Origin: Neodothiora populina
Taxonomy: Eukaryota
Length of the DNA stretch: 64,000 nt
NCBI RefSeq assembly: GCF_041146345.1
Contig: NW_027191414.1
Location: 496,001 to 560,000, forward strand
Direction of reading: 5' to 3'
A model generated the notes under the pieces. That model saw nothing but the letters and a program-made list of their open reading frames with translations. It was not told the DNA's origin and made no database searches. Position numbers and translations under genes: made by a program. Shown piece by piece: positions 1-11,959 of this stretch (position 1 is the stretch's first letter; each line of letters starts with the position of its first letter).

Positions 1-592
1 ATCAATAACTAACTTAGCAGAGTTTATACAGTACTCCGTATATGCCACAAAGTTATATAGGATATGAATTAATAATCTCACCGATGTTGACAAACCAGGA
101 TCTTTCATTTTGCTGGCTCTTGCGACTAGTGCCAGAAGATATAAGGTCTGCGAGGTCGGTCGGCTGCCACTTCCCCGAAGATTCCATCTCCACAGTTCCG
201 CTACCACGAGTTTCATCTACTTCCGCATCAAGATTGCGGGGATCTGCAGCAGCCACATTACATGCGTACACTGCCAAGGCCACCAATACATTGACGAAAT
301 GACGATCGCGCATGATATCTGTCGAGATGCACGAAGCCTTAGCACATAGCCTCGAACCGATCTTACCAAGGCAGATCAGTCGGCATGTTGTTGCATTCGC
401 TCTGCACCCCGCTCTGATGTAGTCGCATCGGGCCGTATGCAATGCGCCTGTAATGTGTATATAAAGGTATGCTGGACTCGCATGTCTTGTCAAAGGTGAC
501 TGTGACCCTCATTTGTTAATCCCTCGAAGGCGTGTCTTGTTCCCTCGGATATCGAGACTATCTCGAGTACACACAGACCTATGCATTACAGC

Positions 593-1955
593 ATGTTCTC
601 CCCTATCGTACAGCTTTGCGCTGTCGCAGGTCTAGCCTCGGCGACCAACCTTTTCGTCTCATCCTATGACGGTAACATCACCACACTGTCTTTGACCGAG
701 ACAAATGGATCATATAACCTTGGGAAAACATACTCCAATGATGGCTGTGCGCCGAATCCTTCTTGGCTTACTCTAGACTATGGTCATGGCGTTCTGTACT
801 GCTTGGATGAGGGTCTAACCACCGTAAATGGCACCTTGAGCTCTTTCACCATTGGCGCCAACGGTGAATTAGATCTTGTGGAGAAGAAAGACACCATCAA
901 CGGACCCGTCAGTGGAATCGTTTATGGCAATCCTGCCACAGGCAAGAGAGCGATTGCCCTGGCTCATTAGTACGTGATCTTGCCCTTGTATCGTACCCCT
1001 CTTGCATGGATGTCTGACAGAATATACAGCGTTGGAAGTGCCGTGAGTAGCTGGACTCTGAGTCCCTCGAGCAACGGAAACTTCACTTTCAACGAAGCAT
1101 TCACGTACGAGCTGGACCAACCTGGTCCAAATGCCCAGCGTCAGGATGCACCTCACGAGCACGAGGCAGTGGTCGACCCAACAGGGCAATTCATCCTGGT
1201 TCCTGATCTCGGCGCTGATGTTGTCCGTGTCTTCTCTATCGACCCAGACACCCTCAAGCTCACGCCCGAATCGCCACTCGAGGTCACACCAGGATCTGGT
1301 CCTCGCCACATTGCTTTCTACAACCCTCACAGCACCGTGTGCAAGACTTGCACGAGCTACATGTTCCTTGTCACCGAGCTCACCAACCGCGTCATCAGCT
1401 ATCGTCTGAGCTACCCTGCTGCTGGCGGCATGTCGTTCACCGAGGCTTTTAACATCAGCACCTTTGGTGACAACGCTGTTCCCGTTAACAACACTGCTGC
1501 CGAGATTGAGGTTTCTGTAAGTCTTTCCCACGTGTATCCTCGGTATCCTGCCTTGGCACTATATTCACCTCGCAGAAGAAGTGACGATAGACTACTGACT
1601 CACTCTTCAGCCCGACAACCGCTTCCTCATCGTCTCAAACCGAAACAACACCATCTTCAACCTGCCCAACCCAGACTACCCAACAAACAAGACCGAGATC
1701 CCCTCGGACGCCATCTCGACCTACCAGATCAACAAGGCCGATGGCTCCCTGACTCACACTCAGCTCTGGCCCGCCGGCGGCTTCTTTCCTCGTTCTTTCA
1801 GCATTAGCAAGGCCGGAGACTTGGTTGCTGTTGGCTTGCAGTACAGTAGCGAGGTCGTCATCTTGAGTCGTGATGTCGCTAGTGGCAATTTGGGAAGGCC
1901 GGTTGCGGCTATAGCGATTGATGGACAGGTCACTTCTGTTGTGTGGAATGAGTAG
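593..1955 (+). CDS. Secreted lactonase-family beta-propeller (6-phosphogluconolactonase / muconate cycloisomerase-like); exons 593-969, 1030-1516, 1611-1955
   Basis: Signal-peptide-like N-terminus; family motifs RQDAPHEH, DPTGQFILVPDLGADVVRVF, GSGPRH, SPDNRFLIVSNR, GGFFPRSF. GT-AG introns 970-1029 and 1517-1610 restore the frame. Alternative ATG at 581. Confidence 0.88.
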
Positions 1956-2285
1956 AATGGCATGAAATATATGGTTTCTATAAAGGGTGATAACACCAAG
2001 GCTCCCTGCATCACCTTACTCGAAAAGCGGTGTGACATTTTCCGTATTTCCAGATGACTTCCGTACTGTCAAATGTGATTGAGAATAACATATGGGGCGG
2101 GATGTCTATAGCGGAGGGTCATTGATATAAGCACTAGCTATATAACAGTCGCTATCACGACTATAGTGGTGTGATCTGTTCTCGTATATCATGTGGGGTA
2201 AAGCAGCAACCAAAACGATCTACGCTAAGTAACAAAAGATCAGCAAGCATGCATGCAACTAGGTAGCGTTCGTGTCTCGTCTCCC

Positions 2286-5200
2286 CTACATGAACCCAAC
2301 TTGTCTCCACTTGCTCAGGTACAGATTCAACAGATCGGTATCGACAGCCGGAGCATCGCGCAACCTTGGCACCAGCGCAGTGGTCTTTTCGGTTTCGAAG
2401 ACAGCCGCATCCTCGTCCGCTGCCCGTGCCATGCTTTCGAAGAAGCCAAGTAGTTTAGCGCCAGGAACGTCACCACCTTTTACCTCACAAGCAACCTGCA
2501 GCCTGGCGACCCATTCGCTCATGCTTACACGATCGAAGGCCGTTTCTGACGCTTGCTCGAGCGCGTCAAGGAATTGCGCCCAAGTGATTGTGGATGGGTT
2601 TACGAGATTATGCAGCGTGTATTTATCTGTCTCCGCGAGATCCCGGTTGAGAAGAGTAGCACGGATGGACTCTGCGCAGATGTCCACTGGGAGCCAATTG
2701 ACAAGTGACTTCTCACCGAAGACCGGCATGGCCTTGAGATGTTGCAAGCCAGTGGCTATCATGATGGGAAACATCTCGCTTGTGTTCCATGCGCCCAGCA
2801 CAGTGTGTCCACAAAGCTGGCCTACGCGATAGATGCGTACAGGCATATCGAGGACGCGCGAGTAGGTCTGGGAAACGACTTCGATGATGAATTTGCTTTG
2901 GGCGTAGCCGGTCTCGAGTGCGAGAGATGGGTTGTTGACGATTGGCGTTTCGTGGATTATCTTCCCAGCACTTGATTTGCCCATGTTGGTTGCCACGCTG
3001 CTCGTGAACGCAAATGTCTTCTTCTTTGTTGTGTAAGCAAAATGCATCAAGTTGAGTGTGCTCTTGAGACAATCATCCTCAAACATATCGACTTGTTGGT
3101 TGAAGTCCAGTCTCCAGGCGTTGTGCATGACTGCGGTAACTTCACCAGCTAGTTGTTGATGGGTCTCATCATCAAGCCCAAGCTTGGCATCTCTCATGTC
3201 ACAAGGGACTACGACAAACTTGCCACTCGTGGAGATGGCATTCGCGTAGCCACGAGTTTGCAAAGCCTCTGTCAGCCGCTTTCGGCCATTGGAGCCTCTA
3301 ATAGCGCAATAGACTTTCGAAACCTTAGGGTCTGCATCGAGGGCAGCGAGAAGGGCATTTCCGATCGCTCCAGTAGCACCGGTAAGGTAGACGACCTCGG
3401 CAGAGCTCTGGTCAAAAGTCCTAGGTTGTGATTCGCCAGCCCAGGACTCTATCACCGCGTTGTAGTTTGATATAGTATCTCGAATCCAGCAAATATTCTT
3501 GTTCGCCGTCGCAGCTGTGTCCGCCATAGTACTTTGGCCAAGTCGCTGCGACAAGCTTTGTGGAGAAGGATGCTCGAAAATGAGCATCATAGGGAACTTT
3601 CCAAATCTCTTCGATAAGCTTGACCGTAGTTTGACGGCCTTTTGTGAGTCCAGTCCAATCTCGTAGAAGCTAGTCGAGCTCTGCACGCGCTCAACAGACA
3701 GACCACAAGCACTAGCCACTGCATGACGGACAAACGCCAGATCATCAAGGCGTGCACTCTTTTCGTCTTCTCCACTCTCATCAACATCATCGAAGACCTT
3801 AGCATACAGCTCTTCAACTTGTCCGCCATACAATGACTTCGCTTCATTACGACGGACGTTGCCTTTAGGAGTTACCGGTAAGGTTTCGCCGTCCTTTAGA
3901 AAGAGGATGAGTGATCTGTTGAGTCTCGAGAAGGAGGGGAAGGCTTCACAAGCAGCTTCCATAGCGACAAGAATAGGTTCCACATCCGAGTGGCCCTGAG
4001 CCTTGCTCAACTCAACGACAGCAGATGTGCATGGTTTGCTTGTGCCGAACACAATGATCTTCTTGATTGCTGGGTGACACTCCTCTATGGCCATCTGGAG
4101 AGGCAAGGCGTTCGTCTTCTCACCATTCGAGTGTACGAGCATGTCATCCTTCCGACCTTGGAGCATGTAGAGACCGCTGTTTGGAGGATCTTGGATGAAC
4201 AAATCGTTCGTGCGGTATGGGTCCGGCGCCTGTGAATCAAGCCAAAGCTCTGCTGCTAAGGGAAAGCCCTTGTAGATAACGCATTCATAAAGATTTTCAC
4301 CTTGCGGTTCCATCACTACGCGCGCATCATTTGGAAACAGACTCTTGACTCGGTAGCAGCTACCTTCGAGAGTATCTGGAATGGTTCGGTATGGGGGCCC
4401 AATCTCAGTGGAGCCGTAAGTGGTCTTGACGTTGACCTTGAGCTTCTCCAAGTTCTGTAGCATAGTTGGAGATAACGCAGCACCGCCGGGCTGCAGGACT
4501 TTGAGCTTGCTCAAGGGGGAAAAGTCTTTCTCGGCGGAAAGAGTGATATACTCGTAGAGATCCTCGATTACCGAGGGAGCACAATGCAGGCAATCAACAG
4601 GTCTACCAACCTGTTCCAGCTTTCTCCAAGCACCGAGAATAGCTCCAGGCGACGGGGGCCAAGTCTCTGGAGGAAACGTTGTTGGCAGAGCGGTTGGGAC
4701 GCCGCCGAGAATGATTGATACACCTGCAATATGGAATCTAGGACTGTTAGTGAGCGTAGCGTGACTTTGATCTATGGCCGTCTTACAGTGGGAAACAGAG
4801 GTACCAATTCTCCACAATAAAGCTCTGGAAGAGACGATACATCCGCGCGATCAGCATGATGCTTCTGTTGGTGTGAATGATGGGTTTCGGTAAGCCGGTT
4901 GAACCACTCGAATGGATAATCATGGTCTGTTGGTTCCATTCATCATCAGACTCGAAGCGTACATATTCAGATACGGGCTTAGGGTCCCATTCCAAAGAGA
5001 CCGGCACAAAGGGTACAATAGGGACTTGTAGCCCTTGCACATGGCGAACATATTTCTGCTCAACCACAACACCTACGGCATTGCAGACTCGCATCAAGTG
5101 GTCACGAGCGACTTCGGCATTCTTGTCACTGAGCAATAAGACCCTTACACCAAGCTTAAGCAGTGCAACTTGAGAGACCCAGTAACGGAACGTGTTACCA

Positions 5201-5636
5201 CTACCGAGGAGCGCGAGAGTGGGCTGTTGGTTCATTGATAAGCTGGTCTCAAGCTCTCCCTGGAAGGCCTGCGAGTATTGCGCGGCCACATACTCTGTTA
5301 GGTGGTCAAATTGTTCCCAGGTGATCGAAGCAAATATGTCATCCCGCGGCACCAGATATGCAAGCTCATCAGGGCGGGTGCGAGCATTGAACTTGATTAA
5401 ACGCGGGAGGCTCGTGAGGTTTGCATCGAGATATCTTAGATCATCGTCAGCCTTGGCGATACTACGACTGTTATATTCAGACCACCAACGAACTTCGAAC
5501 TCTGGATATCACCATGCTGCGCCCACAATTTCTTCAATCTAGAATCTGCATTCTCGGAGGGGAATACACTTGTATCTGAGACGTTCTCAATGTGACTTGC
5601 GCTACTCTCCAGGTCCGCGACAGCGATAGGAGCCAT
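2286..5636 (-). CDS. NRPS-like A-T-R enzyme (adenylation, thiolation, terminal reductase; carboxylic-acid-reductase-like); introns 5435-5493 and 4738-4786
   Basis: A-domain motifs IIHSSGSTGLPKPI, FPLFHIAG (across the intron), YGSTEIG, YRTNDLF, GRKDD, NGEKTN; carrier motif FYEIGLDS; reductase motifs LTGATGAIG and GYAQSKF. Confidence 0.92.
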
Positions 5637-6364
5637 GATAGGTTTTCGTGCTGGTGACGTTTGTGATACAATGCCGCCACGACCATGGCAGTCTTTGTAT
5701 AGCCATTCTTGCGCCTGATACCTGATAGTCCCAAGTCACGGCATGAAGTTGATAGCGTGATAGGAAAGCTGAGACCTTGCCCGTATCGGACCCTTCGGGC
5801 AAGCGTGATTGTAACAAGCAACAAACACACGAATCAGTGGACTGCCGCCAAGATTATCGTATCATCGCCGGCAACTTGGATTTCGGTGGAGATAGGCCCA
5901 TGCATCCAAAGACACTATTCTCCTGCGGCGCAGAATATACTCCTGCAAGGCCAATGTCACTGATCAGTATTGATATCGTAGTAACTTGGACACTCGATGA
6001 AATCCATGCTGACTTCAAATAGGCCTGCCCAGGCATTATAGGGCGGCAATCTACCCTATCTCTCAAACGCACGCAACAAACGCCTAAGATTCTCTTATCT
6101 TAGTCACATCGTGCTGTTGAGACGGCCAAGAGCCTTGGAACTCAGTGCAAAGTATGACCTTTGTACATGTAGATCGATCCTACAGGTAATATGGTGAGAT
6201 ATATACCCTTTGCCACATCTTACTGACTCCCTGTGACACTACGATATCTTTGTGATCTATTGCAATAAATTTAACCTGGTAACCTGGAGACATTTGCTTT
6301 AAGGCTGCCCAATACTCTACCATTTTTGCATTCGACAGCAGAGGCTCAGTACTTGCCAGAAGCT

Positions 6365-8004
6365 ATGTTGGGTCTTCGACGCCGACTGGCATTGGAATCA
6401 GCATACCTGAATGGTGCAGATGATCAGATAGCCTCAAACAGAGAACAAGAACCTATACCACCGGACTCGGTTGAACGAACATGGACTTGGCCTTCACTGC
6501 TTGGCTTCTGGGTTGCAGAAGCCTTCTCCATATCTATGTACCAGGTTTCTTCTAGCTCTGTGAGTAAAGGACTCAATCCAGGTCTCTCTATCCTGGCAGT
6601 CCTTATCGGTCATTTTCTCGTCTGTATTCCGGCTATCCTGGACGGATGGGTAGGCGCAACATTCGGCATCAACTTCCCAATCTTTACCCGAGCCAGTTTT
6701 GGTATGCGAGGGAGTTACTTTGCCGTCTTCATCAGAGGCGTTGTCGCTGTCATCTGGTTTGGAACCCAGAGTTTCCAAGGTGGGCAATGCCTACAGGTCA
6801 TGATATCCGCTATATGGCCTAGCTTTAATCGCTTTCCAAATCACATCCCTGAAAGTTCGCATGTTACGTCTGCACAACTGCTTTGCTTCTTCCTCTTCAT
6901 CATCGTCCAAGCACCACTGCTGTGGTTGAAGGTGTCGAGTCTCAGATACATGTTCATGGCCAAGACTGTCATCATGCCGATATTCGGTCTTACGCTCTTC
7001 ATCTGGGCACTGGTCGCTGCGAAGGGTTTCGGTCCAACGTTCTCGAAGCCTACCCACATCAAGGACGGAACCTCCACCGCAGTTGTCTTTCTTCAATGCG
7101 TCACGACTGCCATCGGTCCCAAGGCCACTCTTGCACTGAACATGCCCGATTTCACCCGATATGCGAAGAAGAGATCTGATGTTATCTGGACACAAGCAGT
7201 TGGCCTTATGGTCCTCGTCACCATGTGTGGCGTGTTGGGTGCAACTGTATCCAGCGCTACAGAAGTGATATATGGCAAGACAACCTGGAACCCTCTTGAG
7301 GTGGCAGTGCTTTGGAACAACAGGGCAGCACAATTCTTCGCTGGCTTATGCTGGATGTTCGCAGTCATTGGCACGAATATTTCTGCCAACAGTGTCTCAT
7401 TCTCGAACGATCTTGCTCTCTGGTTCCCGAAGTACATTAACGCCAGAAGAGGCGCATATGTCTGCTGCATTCTTAGTATTGCTTGCACACCATGGAATAT
7501 CCAATACAAGTAGGTCCATGGACTTCGTTTTTGTAATCATTGCGTGACTAACCCATCATTAGTGCCAAATCATTCTCGTCGTTCCTCGGCGGTTACTCCT
7601 TGTTCTTGGGCGCTCTTGCTGGAGTCATCGTCACTGACTTCTGGATTTGCCGTCGCCGGTCATTGGACGTGCGAGAGCTGTACAAGAAGCACAGCGTCCA
7701 CAGCTTCACGAAAGGATTCAACTTTCGTGCGTTTGTTGCTTTCTTCTGCGGCATTGCACCCGATCTACCAGGTCTAGCTGCCGCCTGTGGCGCAAAGGGT
7801 GTCCCTGTGGGCGCGAAGGATCTGTACAGTCTCAGCTGGCTCGTGGCGATCATCATCTCGGGAGCAGTGTACTGGGCATTGTGGAAGATCTTCCCATTCG
7901 AAGTCTCGCCGAGCAGCGACATGTATGTCGATGGGATTGAAGACAGATCAGATGATGGTGTCACCAAGATACCACACGAAGTTTCGAAAAAGGATTTCGA
8001 CTAA
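6365..8004 (+). CDS. NCS1 (nucleobase:cation symporter-1) permease, Fur4/Dal4-like; intron 7510-7562
   Basis: Multi-TM protein with GINFPIFTRASFGMRG, WFGTQS, NMPDFTRY, TNISANS, PKYINARRG, PWNI, FLGGY motifs. The GTAGGT...AG intron joins the two ORFs in frame. Confidence 0.93.
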
Positions 8005-8214
8005 GATGGTTGAAATGTTACACCATTACGAGCCAGGCACCATTATAAGCCAGGGAAGGGGATAATGGGATCAATGATTATATGACAATTAAATATGTAC
8101 TCTAAAATGAAAATTACATCGTTCATCAAGGAAACGCTCCTTTATCATAAAGTAAGAGAAACATAACGGTGAATCATGGATATCGTGTGTTGAGACAATG
8201 AAAAGCGGAAGGAC

Positions 8215-10381
8215 TTAGGACATGATAGACTGCTCCTGGAAGGCTTGGAGAGCAGATGGGGACAGCTCTATGAGCTTGTCAACACCAGCAACATACAAAG
8301 CGTCCAACCTAAGTAGGGCGAGGTTCAAGAGGTCACAGCTTCGAGACTTAAGACGTAGAAGACTTCTCCAGGATCCGAGCAATTGCAGACACTCGTTCGC
8401 ATCAGTGAGGGTAGGGGCAGTTGCGAAAAGTAGGACCATGAAGTTGCTCGCAATAGTGAAGTTTGTTCGCGAGTCTGCTAAGCATTAGTACCGTAGCAAG
8501 ATAGAAGCAGGCACCCAAACTTACATGATGGCCAGAATGCTTCGAGGTGGCTAACATCAAGGGCATCCAGAAATTCAAACATCTCCTTTGCCAGAGAAAT
8601 TGCGCCCTGACGAAGAGCTGCACCAGCTTGCACGTTTGCCTCACCTCTAGGCCTCAACATGGCGCGGAATAACTCGATCTTGGCGGTGATGTAAGCTAGA
8701 TGTAGTGAACCTTCACCATTGAGGTCGTGGGCTTTGCGATCATTGGCTGGGGAAAGTCTGTCCTTGTCGAGGTCCTTGTACCATTGAGCAAGCTTCAAAC
8801 GCAAAGGCTTTGCCACCTCAAGAGTTGACTCAAGGGAGTTGCAGAGCTTTCGAGTGGATTTCAATGAGCTAGTATGCGGTCAGTACAGCAGGTCTGGATT
8901 CGTCACAGCCAGAACTTACAATAGGTTCCGAAGGATCTCATCAACTATTTCAGCTAATACACATAGCCGTAGAAAATACTCTGATTGAATGATTCCTTGA
9001 TCGTTCTCTTCGAAATCTTCAAATGTCAGAGGGTTCACGTCCCAATCGTCTGCGCTAATGTGTGAGCTTCGGCCAAAATTGAGACTCAGCCACTTCTCCT
9101 GTGAATACAGCGCCCAAGCCACTCTCTTTCGAAGCTTCAGCTCCCAGATTGGTAGTGGCCAGTCTGCTGGATCGAGATTGAGACCGAGCGCTTGCGATAT
9201 TGACACTGCATTGGTCATGATGATCCACTTGAACGGGGTGTCTGCGACATGCCTGTTGGTCGGCCGCCTTTGCACGAGCAGAAGTAGGGTCTGAACCACG
9301 GCCAACGAAGGTATGTGGAATTGAGGGATGCACGCTGTCCAGGCCAGTGTGAAGAGAGCATCCGGAGATGGAGGTGTATATACCTCGACACAAAGCTGGT
9401 CATCAAATATGCAAAAGGGCAGGGCATGACCATAGATTGCTGCAAGCAAAGGAGTGGCTATACGATCCGGGTCAAATTCACCATCACGCATGCTGCGTTC
9501 CCTCGAAAGAATTGGGAAGTATGGCTGTATGTAACGAAAAAAACTGTGGTGGACAAGGAATATTAGATGGGGTACGAGAACACAGAGGCTGTCAAACAAG
9601 GAGTGAGATTCAGTACGTACAGCTTTATAAGTCTCTTGCCAACTCCGTCATTGACTATATCCTTGATTTCCCTTCTCCATGTGTCCACGCTGTTTGGGTT
9701 CTCAGCAGGCTGAGCTTTTGCAGCAAGCTTGTTCTGCTGGATCATGAAATGCACCGGTACGCTATCGTTCTCTCCAACTCGTCGCATACGGATCTGTTGG
9801 AAGGTAAACTCGTTGTTGCCATCGAATCGATAGTGACGGAGGAGATACGGGTCTTGTTCGCCACTCAAGCCTACCACTTGAGAGTGACTGGACGTTTGTG
9901 AATCAAGAGAAGGTTCTCCAGCACATGAGGGATCAAGTGGAAGCGACTGTGGCGTGTCATTGGCAGGTGGAGCTAGGCCTGCTTGGACAGGATCGAATTG
10001 CTCAAACATCAAGGGCTCGTAGACTGGAGGATCAAATGTGAAGTCGCTGTGCAGAGATGGGGGAAGGAACGGTGGCAACTGCTGCTCCCAGCTCAACAGC
10101 TCACTGCTGATATCAAAGTTGTTGTTTGTCGGCAGCAATATTTCTGATGACCGACGTTCCTCGTTCGGCCGGCGACGCTTTGCAGGACTTTCAACGAAGG
10201 TACATTCTTTGCCATATCGAATACATAACTCGCATGGTGGATCTGCCTCGAGGTGGCAGGCAGCTTTTTTGTAACGACAGAAATCACAGGGACGTTTGTT
10301 ACGGCTCTTGTACGCCCTTGACCTGTCTTGAGCGTCTGTTTGCATCTGCTTGGGCAAACCTGGAGCACCCATGATGTCCAT
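8215..10381 (-). CDS. Zn(II)2Cys6 transcription factor with fungal-specific TF domain, Dal81/TamA-like; introns 9544-9620, 8869-8919, 8475-8524
   Basis: PCDFCRYKKAACHLEADPPCELCIRYGKEC binuclear cluster; VVGLSGEQDPYLL; ALGLNLDPADW...ELKLRKRVAWALY middle-homology region; canonical GTACGT/GTAAGT donors. The subfamily is my recognition only. Confidence 0.9.
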
Positions 10382-11959
10382 GCCTTTTTAGCCTAGGAGA
10401 TGGAGGTTTGTCTGATAGGCGTGGAGGGACGACCTATCTGGCCGTCGTGTCTGTCTAAATAAAGGCGAGAGAATGCGGGTAATCCTACAATACTCATAAA
10501 AGCAACGGCATCCCTCGACTTCTTCAGATCAAGAAACCGAGTTGTTGGGGACAAAGGTGACTATCGGTCATACTGTATTTCCCGATCAACAGCACTTTAC
10601 GCATGAAGCTATCAGCGAATACTCTATTGGTCGATGTTCCAATTGCGATGTCGCATTGTATGTTTATCCTTATCGGATCCACCGACACGCTATCCTGCTA
10701 AGAGCTACTCCACTCACGGTACACCGACCGCATCCCACGTGGCTACCATGGCTGAAAAGCCCAGCTTCGTTGTCATTTGTTCTGTTCCAGAAGTCTGGGT
10801 TCTCTCCATTCTATGATCAACGCGATACGAAGTATAATCTTTCGCTCTGGGTCATCCATAATCCGCCTTTTTGCCATGGAGCTATGTAGCGAGCATACGA
10901 CAATCGTTAGCCAAGGCAACTTTCTTGTTTGATACAGTCTCTAGTGCTGTATTGCTCTGACCTTATCAGCATCCTTGCGACGTCGGCGAGTCAAATTGAG
11001 TAAGCGAGCCATGACAAACGGTACGCAAAGCCCCTCTGTTTAGAGAGATGGAATGCGGGCAGAGTGGGGCTCGAGGGGATGGCGTGTTAAAGAGGACCCT
11101 GTCGATCCCCTGGAGTGGTTTCTGGCGGCCTTTTTAGCGCATTAAATCGCCGCGGTGGACTTTCGGACGAGTTCAAAGAGGAAGGCTCAGCCCGAGCGAT
11201 GAACGTATTGTCGGACTTTACATAAACCACACGACATCCATATATTCCCGGCGTGAGTAACCCTAGTAGTGAAGTCAAGCTGGCAAGCATAACGTGGTAC
11301 CTTATGGTTACAGATTCTGGTAGGCGTCTATATACGACTATAAGATGTGACCTGGATCCATGACGGCCATAGCAGTGTTTACCACTGCAGCAAAATCGAA
11401 AGATCCGGTGGGACTTCCGTCACGATTGTTTGGAACCTGTGTAGGTACTTCTACGCACAAGTACAAGTAGTGCCGTAGGCAGAGCCGCTTCGCCGGCGGG
11501 TTGGTACTAGATAAGCATTATGCCCAGCGTATATCGTGGTCCTTACTTCTCCATGTTTCTTATCAAACATGAGGGGTTGGCCGTATCGCGGCTCTCGGCC
11601 AACATCACTACGAGGTGTGCGTACGCATGCCTGGTTACTGATGTGCAGGGACATAGATAGGACAGTCGTGTAGTGGAGCGCCGTACTGATGGTGCTGTAT
11701 GTTGGCCGGATATGGCCCATATCGTTGAGCCTACCAATGTACAGAATATGATAGCTCTATCAGGTCTGCTTCAAGTATGCTTTATGTTTGTATCTTGAAT
11801 TAATTATCTTCAGTGTCAGCCTTCATAATATCACCGTCAATCCAAAGAGATACCGAGACTAGACTGCATACACAACCCCATCACTGACACTGAGTCGCAG
11901 CATTCCCTCCTTCACACGTCACCACAATAGCTCATTTCTAGGGACGTAAAGGATTTACA

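Noticed and set aside
53..313. Minus-strand 86-aa ORF with a hydrophobic start (MRDRHFVNVLVALAVYACNVAAA), possible small secreted protein
   Set aside because: Short, no recognisable motif and at the window edge; cannot be told from chance.
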